A model generated the notes under the pieces. It was not told the DNA's origin and searched no databases. It saw only the letters and a list, made by a program, of their open reading frames with translations. DNA of 64,000 nucleotides. Origin: Nymphaea colorata. Lineage: Eukaryota. Each line of letters starts with the position of its first letter. Position 1 is the first letter of the stretch. The position numbers and the translations under genes were made by a program. The stretch lies in NCBI RefSeq assembly GCF_008831285.2, contig NC_045138.2:24862001-24926000 (forward strand), written 5' to 3'. Below are positions 23,594 through 35,917 of this stretch, piece by piece.

Positions 23594-25566
23594 TAAAATG
23601 TACTTCGTGAGTAAATGAGACTGTGTAGATTCCTGTCCAATCGGCACCAAGGGAATGGGTCAACGGAGAATTATTGACCTAAGTGCTCATATTTAAAAGA
23701 GTCAACTCTGGGTTGGTTGGAGATCACATGTATTTAGCCGAATGCATAACAAAATTTAGAAACAATAAGTCTCTAGACATAGACTGAACCATTCAACACC
23801 CATATTTACTCATGATCAATGTAAAGGAAATTACGATCAGTAGTAACTGATTGAAAATAAATAATCTAACAACACTTACTTATAACTGGTTGTTAATATT
23901 TTTTCATGGTTGTGCTCATAAACTATAGATATTTTATTCTGTCAACTTGGTAGCTATTTCTTATTTTCTATATGCATATGTTGAATACTCTTTCAACTTT
24001 TTGTAAGAAAATTTTGTGACCTGACCCAAATGAACCACCGATTATCAACTCGTTAACACGTTACCTAGTAGTCAGATGACTCGAGTTAATTTTAATTTAA
24101 GGTTTTAGTTAATTGCGATTTTTGAGTTAAACCTCTGATCATTTTTTTCTTCTCCTGATGAACGCCAATGAAATTGGTGACATTCAGAAGGTTGGTGAAA
24201 TTCTGTGGAAACTGCTGCCCACTTACAGTTTAAGTTCAATATTTTAGGTTGTTAATGGGAACCAAAGGAGGATGAATCTGAAAGCTGGTGGCTTGATCAG
24301 TATGTATGCCGTTGCTTTGGATGCCGCACCTTAAGTTGAAGGCATGACTGTGGTTACTGATTAAATAGTTTTGTATATGGTTTTCACATTGCTGTTGCAT
24401 TATTAATCCGTCACACGTTTAAATATTTGTACGATAAGTTTGAAGCTCATTGCATTATGTTGATTATTGTCATGTATATTTCTTTATCGTTGAAGTGTAC
24501 AATATAGAACTTAGGTAATTATGTTCCAAGTTGTAGTATTTAAATGTTTGTCTCAAGTATACAAGTTCTATAAGGTGGATCTTCACGAAGAATTTGGTGT
24601 TTTGCTATAGACAACTAGTATGGGGAAAAGTTATTTAAAAAAAAAAGTAGAAACATATGACAACATGTTTACTAAAACTAATTCAATGGAAATTGTTGAT
24701 TTTCTACTGTGAAAAATTTGAGGTTATAAGAGCGATTGCTTTCTTGATGAATAGAAAACTCATTTAAATTCAATAAATATTCGTTTACCAATTCATTCTT
24801 AAGGGCATATCTCTAAAGTTGGATTTAAAAACAAAAAAAAGCAAAAAAAAAAAAAAAAGGTTTGTCAACCTATTGCTAGCCATTCGGGAAGGACCCAAGA
24901 TGACAGCTTGTGGCTGGGACCCCATTTAAAATCCATAGATTCACATCCAAATTTTCGTTTGAGGCTAACCTTCTTGCTCTATATTCTTAAATGGAGGCGT
25001 TATTTTTTTGTTTTTCTTATACCTTGTCAAAATAAAGGGGTTTTCGAAAGTTGAACCTTCCTGCACTGTGTGCATTCGAGAGATATGTCGGCCCCTCCGT
25101 GAGGTTCTTCGTTAAGTATTTAAAATCAAGATCCCAGTTTCAAAAAAATATAACTTTTTATAAAAAAATGTACTGTTCAATTGTCAACAGATGATCGTGT
25201 TATATTACCAGATTTGCATAAAAAAAAAATTGTTAATAAGTTTGGAGGTCAAGTAGACGTTTCTTTCATTGTTAGAGTTCAGCCAGTTTAAGGAATTCTC
25301 TTTGCACAAAGAACAAACAAGAGGTAGCAAAATCTACGCGAGAATCCTTTCCATGGAGTCCCCTCAATTTCCTCGGTGGTTACTGTGCACGAACACCAAA
25401 GTAGAGAAGCTTGTCTCGAGAATTTATCATGAAATTTTCAAGGCATAATTTTTCTACAAAAAATGCGACACGCACAAGGAGAAATTTCATGCGCCAAAGT
25501 GTCTTTGGAACGGGAAATCGCTCCCATAAGATTAGTTCTATCTTGAAGGGATTATAGAAGGGGCAA

Positions 25567-26065
25567 CTACCATATCAAACGAGCCCTCATCTTTCTTTCA
25601 CTATTTGGTACCGCCCATCCTCCAGGAATTTCCATGGATCCTCCCGGCCAAGCCACAGGGGGAACTATTTCTCCACCTTCAGCGATGTTCACAATCTCTA
25701 ACGCAGAAGGTGCAGGTTGCGATTCTCTGTTGTGGAGATTGAATTCACAGGTCAATTCCCGGAAATTGCTTCCTGAAATATCTTTTAAAAGCTTTGGCCC
25801 CGCCAAAGAAACTCGATGGGAAGAGTAATTGTTCACACGATTTGGCGTGGTCCATCCGCAGCCCAGACACCACTTTTTCCAATTTCTGTGCTGTCAATCG
25901 CCAAAGCTAATGCTTGTACGGTATCATATGCCCACAAACAATAAGCATTGAGCTCTAATGGCCCGAGCTCCAGGCGTTCAACTCTAATTTTGTGATAACA
26001 ATGGATGGAAAATCATCCACAGCTTTTGATTTTGGTATGTAGTTCTTAATTGCAGCAATTGCATG
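25567..26065 (-). pseudogene. Glutamate-receptor-like (GLR, clade-2-like) gene fragment
   Basis: Minus-strand pieces IKNYIPKSKAVDDF, ELNAYCLWAYDTVQALALAIDS and VSLAGPKLLKDISGSNFRELTCEFNL...SALEIVNIAEGG..VAWPGGSMEIPGGWAVPNSERKMR. These match the end of the GLR N-terminal domain and the WPG...P.GW linker. Frameshifted and internally deleted; no ligand-binding or channel part seen. Confidence 0.82.
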
Positions 26066-27326
26066 GAGTTGAGAAGGGTCGTCAGGTGCTGTTCTAATGA
26101 AATACCACCATAGGACTTGTTGCTGTGAAGGACAAGATGGTATAACCTCTGCGCACTCTTGCCAAAGCCGGCGGCTAATCAGTTTGGCCGGTTAACTCGT
26201 AAGTGCTCCTTTCATGTCAAAGTTGGTGGAAACAAGTAGCGGCGAAAGAAGCTGCATTCTTGATTGTTGCAATGTTCTTTTAAGGAAGTACATATTAGGC
26301 TTAAGATATTTGGGATGATTGCCTTGTTTCTTTTACTTCACGTTCGTCCTCTTAAAGGAGTAGGATGGTAGGGATCTTCTTGGAAACCACATACGATGGA
26401 TTGAATTTTGAAAGGATAGATCACTTTTAAAGATGTTGCTTTATGAAAAATCTATTATGTTCCCCACCTCCTCCTTGATGTGAAGTCAACCTGGCCTTCA
26501 AATGCATCGCGAAGTTGCTCAAAGACTCGCCTGAGGTGACGATGTAGTTACATTTTTTCTGATGGAGCCTGAAGGACCTTCTTTTTGGAGTTCTAAATTA
26601 GCACGCATGTGAGAGGATGTAAATATTAGGATAATCTACATACATGAAACATTAGATTCAGTAGCCTAATTACGTTTGACTTGAATTTGGTAGCCTAAAT
26701 TGATTATTGTGGTCAGGCAAATCCAGATAATAGCAAAGTCAAACTAACTGGATGTAATAAAATTCAGATTCAGGTTCACATTTATAGTCACTTAATCTAA
26801 AAACTAAATCTGCATCGTAACTTCTCGAACGTTCTCAGAGTCATACTTGGGCTCACTTATGGTCCAGATTCAAAATTCAACGGTGGAACACGAACCTGGC
26901 TATTAAGTGGGTATGTCACATTGACCAATTCTGTGTAAATGGATCTAAATTTGGACAAATTTATGATCCGAAACTGCACCAATCATTTAAATTAAAGAAA
27001 AAACAGAAAAGGGTGTTCATCAAAAGAAAATGCACGACCAGTAAGATCCCTTGGAAGTTGGAACGCCGGCGTACCCGTAGCTCCAATCAAATGAGTTGCA
27101 TTTCTTCACCAACACCACACACAGTCCATCGCAAGCAATCTCAGAATGATTCATATGAAGCGCTTGTGGATTTATTTTCTCATTGAAAGACAAAAGCTTT
27201 GACACGGACAGTGTAATGGCGACGATTGGCCCGGAAGTTAGACCTTCATGTAAAGTTCCATAAATGAAGTCACAGAACTCATAGCGCCTCACATAAGCCG
27301 CTGGGACCCAAATTTAAAGCATGGCT

Positions 27327-30300
27327 CTAGAGTGCAGCGATGCACTCAATCTCAACCTTGGCATCCAACGGCAAAGCTGCAACCTGATATGTGGAACGGG
27401 CAGGTGCAGGTGATGGGAAATCTGCGTACATGAAATCAACAACTAACTTTCTTAGCCATCAAGATAAACCTAAACATGATTCAAAGTAATAGCACGGTTA
27501 GTGCACTCTGCCAAGTGACAGCCATGGTTGAGTCGCCCAATATTCCTAGTGGGCTAGTGCACTCTGCCAAGTGACAATGGCACTGGTTCCCAAAGAATTG
27601 CAGAACCTTACGGAAGAAGGGTAAGAAACTTTTGGATGGAACGGTATTCTGAAGTGTGACTATTTCATATGATTCTAACTTATTGAAAGATCACGAAGTA
27701 CATTATACAAATATAGTTTCTGATGATTCCAACTTATTGAGAAATCACTAGAAATACATCACACAATTACAATTGCATAAGCCCATGACTATAAATTATT
27801 CAGGGAATGGATAGAACAAAACCATTTTTTGTAGTGATAATGAAACAGAACCATGTTAAGAAGACAAAAAGAAATTAGAAAGGCAAAAAAAGAATCAATG
27901 ACTATAAGCCCAAAAGGAAATTGTGAGGGGCCGCTAATATGTAAGTTTCTAGTTGAGAAGAGACACCCCTACTTCCAATGAGGGAAAACCCCATTGACAA
28001 ACAATGAACCATAAATCCAACGGTCAAGGCACTGCCAAATGAAAAAGCGAAAGCAGCCTGCCCTCGACTTTGATAGCAATTTTACTGCCTAAAGAACTAA
28101 AACAAGGATTTACAACCAATGGGACAGAAAAGCAGCACAACTTCATTCCAGGACCTGCCTACTGTGGCATGCAAGACCGTATACACAAATTAGGCGAATC
28201 AGATGTCTTTTATATTCCTGGTTCACCTGCTGGATATTTTTCCCACTGATGTCTAAAAAGTTATCCTAATTAGGTAACCAAGGCAAAAATTCAATGCTGG
28301 TATGCGTGTTAAAATTTTTAATGGTTTTTAACTTTGTTAATGCACTGAGTTCTCAAGTTATCAGAACTTTGTATATAACTTTTTTTTTCATACAGAAGAG
28401 GACATTAATGATCTCATAAAAGCATAATCAACGATTCAAAACTTCAAATGAGACCACAAAACATAATCAAGTTGAAGATAGTTCTCCATTTAAGCGTACA
28501 AGATATGGCACATACAATTTGAAAGCTTGCATTGATGAAAATGGACAAGGATTTGAAACGAAAAACAGATACACAACATGAAAGTTGCTTCATTTATGCA
28601 TATCTGCAAGCCTCAATGGGGTTACTGCAGTGGATTGGATTTTGGCTGTCCGAAAAGCAGTGAGAGTCCAAATATTCTTACAATAGAAGAAAAAAAATAG
28701 AACTAGATCCAAGCTTTAAAAGGAAAACAAAAAAAAATTCTTGGCAGGCCTCCCAGTTCCATATATTTATTCGGTCCACGAGAAAATAAAAAATTTGAAC
28801 TACCGTCTAAATTGCAAACTACACCATGGGATAAATCATATTAAACTGAAAACAAAGAGCACAAATTTGATATTGACCAATTTACTTACATTTTCCATAG
28901 ATCTCATTAACTTTCTTAAAGTCCTTCAAATCAGCCAACCTGCGAAGCAGATTATTCAAAGTTAAATTTGAATTTTGTCTTCCCTAACTAAGAAATAACT
29001 TTTACATAAACGCACATGATTGTTGTCTTAACAACAGAAGAATAGCTGAGTCCGCTAGCTTCCAGTATTGCACCCATGTTCTTCAGTACCTACAAAGTAT
29101 AGAGTTTGCAATATTATGGTTCCAACTGTATAAGGAAAATGGGAGAAAACACGGTATCCTAGAAAAAGAATACTAAAGCACTTCTTCTGTGAAACATCAA
29201 TTCTTCTTTCTTCCGCTATTAAAAAAAAAAAATCTTGTCTTCTGTTAGAAAAAACATAAAAACAATCATTAATCAACACCTGATTCCAGTTTATAAGCAG
29301 TAAAACATCAATCCGATTCAAGTGTACATAATTAATGAAATACGAAATGCTTTAGCAGCATGTTTTCACCCATAATGGACTAACGAAAGAATCAAGACAC
29401 AGGAAGTAGAACTTCAAAGGAGTCTCATACATTACTCTACTGACGCTTGTTGGATAGGAGGGTTCCCAATCAAAGGCTAAAAGCCCTAATCATATTTCAG
29501 GTAATTCGTGAAATAAATGAAAAATTGCCCAAACAAAATAAATGTCGAATACTGAAACCAATAGCAGACCTGAACTATGCCTTAAGTTATAATAGAAATT
29601 ATAAATCAACTGCTATGAGAGCACTGCCAGATTGAATTCCATCAATGAGTTTGTTGGCGATTATTCACCTGTTCCGTTTGATCTTCAATGCTATCAGACA
29701 CAAACTTCCCAGTCTGCATTCATGAAGCCAAACTCAATAATGTAATTAAAAGATGTAGACTAGAGTAACTTGCCTTTTACAATTCCCCAATCAAGGCAAG
29801 TACAAACATAAGTTGTGAGGAGCACACCTCAGGTACAAGTCCTAAAACCCCAGAGACAAACAGAAGGTTATTAGCCTTGATAGCTTGAGAATATGGGCCA
29901 AGGGCTGCAGGTGCCTTTTCCGTTTGAATAGCCTCCTTCTTACCTGCCAGCGAGATTATCGTGGAGATTTAGTAGCAATGGAAGCACAAACTTCTTGTCA
30001 AACAAAGGGAAGTAAAAATGGTTGGTAAATATGATGCAGCACAACCTGCGTCAAGACTAAGTGTATTGAGAGTATTGGACAGTTAATTAAAATCTAACTC
30101 TCGAAAAAAAATTTCATTATTAACCAATGCTTGATGCTCAACCAGATAAACCTTCCAGGAGATTCGATCAAAGGCAACCAGATCATGATGTTTATGTGGT
30201 TTTCTCCGAAAGTAACAAACACCATGTAAACAGCAAGCAACAGAAAAAACTATTGCATCTCCCTCTACTATACATGGCGAGAGGTTAGCTCGTGAGAAAA

Positions 30301-30623
30301 GGTTGCAAACAGTAAATATCATCAAAATCATCCTATACCAATTTCAGAAGAATGTGGATAAACACGATCTAGTGCATACGCGTTCAATAAAAATGGGTGG
30401 AGAGAGAGAGAGAGATACCGCAATCGACAGAAGTACTGAGAGAAGCGAACGGGGCCACCCATCCCACCCGCGAAGGAGATTTGGACATGAACCTGCCACC
30501 GGCGACGGAGGCGCAGCAGAGCCCCGCACAACGAGCAACGGCGAGGGGCGACCTCTGGCAAAGCCCCCGCAGGTCGACCGCAGGCATCGCCACCATGGAC
30601 TTTCCCACACACCACAACGCCAT
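27327..30623 (-). CDS. RidA: Reactive intermediate deaminase A (Rid/YjgF/YER057c/UK114 family) with an N-terminal transit-peptide-like extension; 6 exons, 194 aa
   Basis: Exons 30623-30419, 29943-29828, 29713-29669, 29089-29016, 28939-28890, 27421-27327; 585 nt, GT-AG. Mature part KKEAIQTEKAPAALGPYSQAIKANNLLFVSGVLGLVPETGKFVSDSIEDQTEQVLKNMGAILEASGLSYSSVVKTTIMLADLKDFKKVNEIYGKYFPSPAPARSTYQVAALPLDAKVEIECIAAL. The catalytic Arg (PARS) and the C-terminal Glu are present. Confidence 0.97.
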
Positions 30624-32689
30624 GACCCACTCACTCACTCTCACCTTTCCCCTACTCTGGCGTTGATATCTCCCTCTGTCGCTCTTCTCTCTCACTCTTC
30701 CCGGAAGCACGCACCCCACCACCACCCACCCATTAAGAATTCTTAACTCGCCCGTGATGCAAAAGGGGAAGAAAAAACGACCACGCCCTCTCTGGCTGAT
30801 CCCCAGCTGACAAATTGTCGGCCGATTTTTTTACCGATTCTATTAGTCGTGTTCACGTATCGCCTTTGTAAAAGCGTCTCGTTTTTATCACGATACTTAC
30901 TGAAGACACCTTTTTTATTGCAGTTGCACAGTATTTTTACAATTTTACATCTTTTCTCAGTAGGTTTGCGGCATATACATGCACAGAAAAACGATATGCT
31001 TTCCTTGTTAACGACGGGTTTAATATATCGCCGGAATTCCCATTCCAGTTTTTCATAGTTAAGAATCTGCGACACTTTTTTCTTGGCAGAAAAACCACTG
31101 AGAAAGCTGACCAGCTAGCTTTATTTGCACCTACGTACGGCAAGTATGAAATTTTAGCACTTCACTATGTTTGTTTATGAAAGCAGGGGAATTTTTTTCT
31201 CTGGAAATCTTGGACTCTTTTTTCTGGGTGGCCCCATTTTCCCCCTTATTTTTTTTTTATTTGGGATAACTTCAAATAAAATTTTCACCAATTAATGGGG
31301 CAGTCAGTTATTTTGCTTCAAGGAGAGTATAGCTTTTGCTTTCGCTTTGAATTCACTTCAAAAAATTAGAAGTGGGCAAATTTTGGGGGAGAAAATCCTC
31401 TCTTCTGGACGAAGATGAGATCTTTTTTTGAACAACAGGAAGTTACCAATGAGAGTCGGTCTACTTTGGCTCCACATTGAGGTGGGGAGTGCTAGGCCTG
31501 GGCGTCGGGCCGGCCCGATGCTCACCCTTAGGGAGTGCCAGCAAAACCAGTGATATGATCGGCCTAAATCGGTTGAATTGATTCGATTATATGGCCAATT
31601 CAAGAGTGCCATGTGTTAGCTTTTAATTTATTTTAAATATGTTTTACAAAATTTGTTTAAACTTTTATATATTTTCTATTGATTTGTTTAGAAAATTCAC
31701 ATATTAGGCAGTCACAAACATCAGAACCGCTCATGAAGCCCATTTACAGCCATAAATAAACCTCAAACTCTTTTATCTTTACTACTGAACACGTACAACA
31801 CGTATAGGAAGACCTCATTGCCTTAGATTATCCAGTCATACCTACGGTTGCTTTCCCAAAGTGTTGATATTTAAAATAATTATACCTTAAGCATGACTCA
31901 CTGCTGACCGCAGATTTGAACAGAATTAATTGAACGGTTGAAGTTTGAGAAGTTTACAGAAATTTGACCACGCTCCCAAGGATGCCTCATCAAGGTTTCA
32001 GGTTTCCAAGCTCCTGACCGTTAAAGACTTGGCAACATTCACAAACAGCGCCACTTAGACAAGTGGAAGTCAATTCAGTTCATGAATTTACTTTCAACAC
32101 CGTAAAAGACAGTTATGAGCAGCAAGGGGAAAGAAGCTTGGGAATGAAGTAAAACAGTATATATTTACAGGTATTGCACCAGAAAGCAACATTCTCCAAC
32201 CTGACTTTACAATGGGGCAGTAGAAAGTACTAAACCATTAAACATCAGCTGTTGCTGCAAACTTGTCAATAAATCTGTTCTTTTCCATAGAAAATACTCT
32301 CTTTGTGTTCCCATTTGATCATGAGAGCTCTGCAGCAGATGATGCAGTAAGGAAAAGAAGTTTCATGCTGATCTCGGACACCCTTTCCAGTAAAATTCAC
32401 CATGGACACAAAAAAACCCTTTCCAATAGTAGTTTTCTTTTCACACACGACTGTCATAATCCATTAAAGTGATCAACTTTCCTTTGGGCATCCGTGGAAA
32501 ATTTTTTTTTTCTTTTACTGACAAGAAAGGAAGGAAAATTTGACATCTACAACACTACACAAAGGTTGTGATGCAACTGATCTACCCTCTCCAAACAAAG
32601 GCTGCAGAAACATATGGGATCAACACTGTCGATGCACCTGAATGGAAGGAGCTGGTTCACCTTTCTCTAGATCTGGAAGTAGGAAGAAC

Positions 32690-35600
32690 TTAGCCAACAT
32701 GTTGTCTGCAAGTTGGGCAAGAAGCATCTATTGTCAGCCACCTATCTATGCAGGCCATGTGAAAGTGATGCCTGCACTTGGGCAATCTCCTGACAGTGTC
32801 ACCTTCACCAAATTCCTGTCAGGACAAAAGGGAAGAGAAAAGGTTAGCCATGACCATGACTTCTCTACGTAATTTAGATGTTCTGTGATAACTTTCAGTG
32901 ACACCATCGTTTGGACATTTTTACCGTGCTACTCTAAGTAAATAACTTTGGTTTTTATCAACTTCGAAATATCGTGATTTGTTTCACTTCAGAAAAGACT
33001 AGCTCAAAATATGACATCATGGTGATTCAGATCATCTGGGCATGCTAGTCTTCATTCAGCTAACTTTGTATGAGAAGGTTACATTTGCTGCAAGGAGATC
33101 AGATATAGTCGTGGTATGGGCCAAAGAAGTGTAACCCAGTGAACGGGTCAACGAAAATTTTAAATTTGCCATCGAGCTTTCTGCTTTGTTGGCTTTCATT
33201 TGATGATTCATTAGCGGGGAAATCAAGAAAAGTTTAGGGATGAGAACCTGTAGACAGATAGCACAAGGGACCTCATCTCCTGAAATCTTTTTCTTCTCTT
33301 GGTAACTGAAGACAAACGTTGGCAGCTTCTTAACAGAGTCCGGCAGCATCCCTCTTGTGTTGCCTATGTCAAATATGCTTAGGTGTTCGTCCAATATCGG
33401 GCGGACCATGCTACCCTGCACAGTATCAAGCATAAAGATTGAAGCTTAATGCGATCAGCAGCAACAATGTGAACGAGGGCTCTAACAAGTCGATGCAATC
33501 AAGGATGAAACCCCGAAGACACAAATTGAATCAACCATGGAATTTAATCTGAATATTTTTTAGAGTTGTGAAACATGATGTGCCAAATTGATTGAAGGCT
33601 TCGATAATCTTATGACCCCAGCAGTCTATGATTTGTTTTCCTGATTAAACCAAAAGTCAGGAAACTATTCGTGAATAGTTCCAAAGTCAGCTGATCATTA
33701 ATGGTGAACTTGCCCAAAATAAAAAATTTAAGGGGCGACGAATTATTCGAGCCTGACCTAATAAATGTGTTGGGTCAAGTTTTGGACAGGGTTCCTGTTG
33801 GGGCCTCATTATTGGGTCAAGATGAATGGGCCCAATGTCCTTAGCTGATTCATAACTGGTATGATTTTGGCTGTATATCTTAAGTGGGTCGAAGCAGATA
33901 TCATGGCAGAAACACTACCCGAACTTAGCAAAAGACCAAGTTTTAAATGATCCATGGCTTGCAGAGTTGGCCAATCTGGGTGCCCGGAGAACTCTTCCAA
34001 CCATGAGTTCCCTGATCACAAGCAGCAGTAAATGCAGAAACCATCAACTTAAAGGAGGTCACCGAAGATATCTCGAATGGCAGAAGACTTCGGTTGGCTC
34101 GAGGGACTCGGACGGTCCTGACACACTTTCTTAATCTGACATAGCCTGAACCTACTTACTGTATTGACCTGAAAGATGTGGACAAAACTGAATCCAAGTT
34201 ACCTGTGGTTGATTTGCAGCCAGCATCGCTTCACCAACCCATTCCTGGAAAATCTTCCCATTGACCAAGCTCACGAAGATGTCCATCTGATATTTGAGAG
34301 AGACAGAGAAAGAGAGGTCAGTGGTGCCGCTTCATTCTTTTTTCTCTATTTAAGAATGTCACTATTTGTCGTTGTTTGGGCCCAAAAGTCACTAGCTTTT
34401 TGTAAAGGGAACGCTTTTAACAGGCATAAAGACACTCTGAAGTTCACATCTTCAGAAGCAGTCTTGGTAAATTCGTAGCCACTGATACGGGAAGCGGCAA
34501 AATCCAGCGGCCATGGATGTATTGGAAGCAGCATCATGCAGTAATGGACAGATGCATGCCTCTTTCATCATTCCTAACCGTTCGGTGGTAAATCCTAGTG
34601 ACCGATTTCACGATCACAACTTAACCATTTAGTTCCTACAGCAGAACCAGAGTCTGAAATCGTGAACTTGGTCTTAACCATTTAGTTCCTACAGCAGAAA
34701 CAGAGTCTGAAATGGTGAACTTGGTCTAGTTTTAGGTGGAAACTGAGTAGTAAGTATTGTGAATTTGAGAAGACAGACTAGACTAACCAAGGACCACTGT
34801 CCACCAACAGCTGTTGATTCAAGCATTTCAATTGATAGCACAGCGCCACTGAAAGCTCCAATTCTAGCACCACGAGCGCATCCAATTTCTTTTGTTTGGC
34901 CAATTAAAGCTCCGGCAGCACAACCCACAAGAGCACCGACTGCATATTACCAGAATTCTATGGGTGAGTACTTGATCAAACCAGAAAGGAAGCCTCTGTT
35001 TTTTCATCAATAGAAAGATATTTGTGGCTATATGAACATAAAATGAAGCAGCTCATTCACTTTTCAAGTTGTTGTGGTTATTATTTTATGATCTAAGCTG
35101 ACGAAGCTCTTCTGCACTATACAGTATACAATTTTATACTGCGAAGAAGGTGGCTAGTTAAACCGACGCAGGCAACTTGGTAATGTTTATGGGTAGCTCT
35201 TATCAGCCGAGGGGAGTCCTCTTGGCTGTGCTACTATATTTTCTGCTGGTAGGAATAGAATATTGGAAGCCATTTGAGACATAAGATCATGCATATAAGC
35301 AACCACGGGACCTGATCGATGCACCTTTTATTGATCATGGCCAGAGAGAGTTCATACTTGCGGGGGCCAAGTCAAACTATTGATGGCGGACTCGCCAGAC
35401 GCGTATTAGGTTGGAGACAAGTAAAGTCGCCTGTTTAGGCCTCTATATCGCGTCGTCGGCGGGTCTACCGCCTTTTATTTGCCTTACTTTCCTACTCCCT
35501 ATTAACACTGTGGGCATTGCACTATATCCCCCATTTATAGCAGAAGACCGGCCGGGTTCCTAACATGTTATTGTCCTCTTTTACATTGAGGCAGAGAAGA

Positions 35601-35917
35601 GAGAGATGGAGAGAGACTTAGAAAACAAGAAGAGGAATGTACATCAGCTTAATACGAACATCAGATTCAGAAAGCTGCAGACTCTGAGAATGTAATATGT
35701 ATCTTGGCAACTACAAACTCTGAAATTGATAATTTGGTCCAAGTATTTCGGATCCACATATATGAAAGCAAGAGAAAGAAACTTATGGGGAAAAAGCGAA
35801 AAGTGAATTACCCGCAGCAAAGACGCAAGTGAGTGCTGCAAAGGCAGTTCCCTTGAGAATTCTGGACACCACAAGGCACATTCTCAACCCGGAAGAGCCA
35901 TTTATCAGCAGAATCAT
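32690..35917 (-). CDS. NEP1-interacting-protein-like membrane RING-H2 E3 ligase, paralog A; 5 exons, ~211 aa
   Basis: Exons 35917-35812, 34939-34788, 34286-34203, 33415-33248, 32815-32690. Gly-rich hydrophobic N-terminus (VGALVGCAAGALIGQTKEIGCARGARIGAFSGAVLSIE), SLVNGKIFQEWVG, and RING-H2 [42 protein letters not shown]. The start codon is less certain. Confidence 0.9.

Larger units (their letters stand above)
4290..25340 (+). repeat. Tandem segmental duplication array of four ~5-6 kb units
   Basis: Non-coding blocks recur colinearly. Upstream blocks: 4290-4570, 16100-16260, 21720-22010. Downstream blocks: 6060-7560, 11100-13390, 17820-19620, 23600-25340. Spacer blocks: 8960-9260, 15225-15370, 20140-20420. 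Boundaries are approximate. Confidence 0.9.

Noticed and set aside
30303..30746. Several overlapping 90-150 aa ORFs on both strands
   Set aside because: They are by-products of the GC-rich RidA exon 1. Only the minus frame starting at 30623 splices into RidA.
33796..35565. Two LTR-like intronic segments (33796-34123 TGTTGG…GACA; ~35184-35565 …CCTAACA) in RING paralog A
   Set aside because: No matching 5-bp TSD was found and the boundaries are ambiguous.
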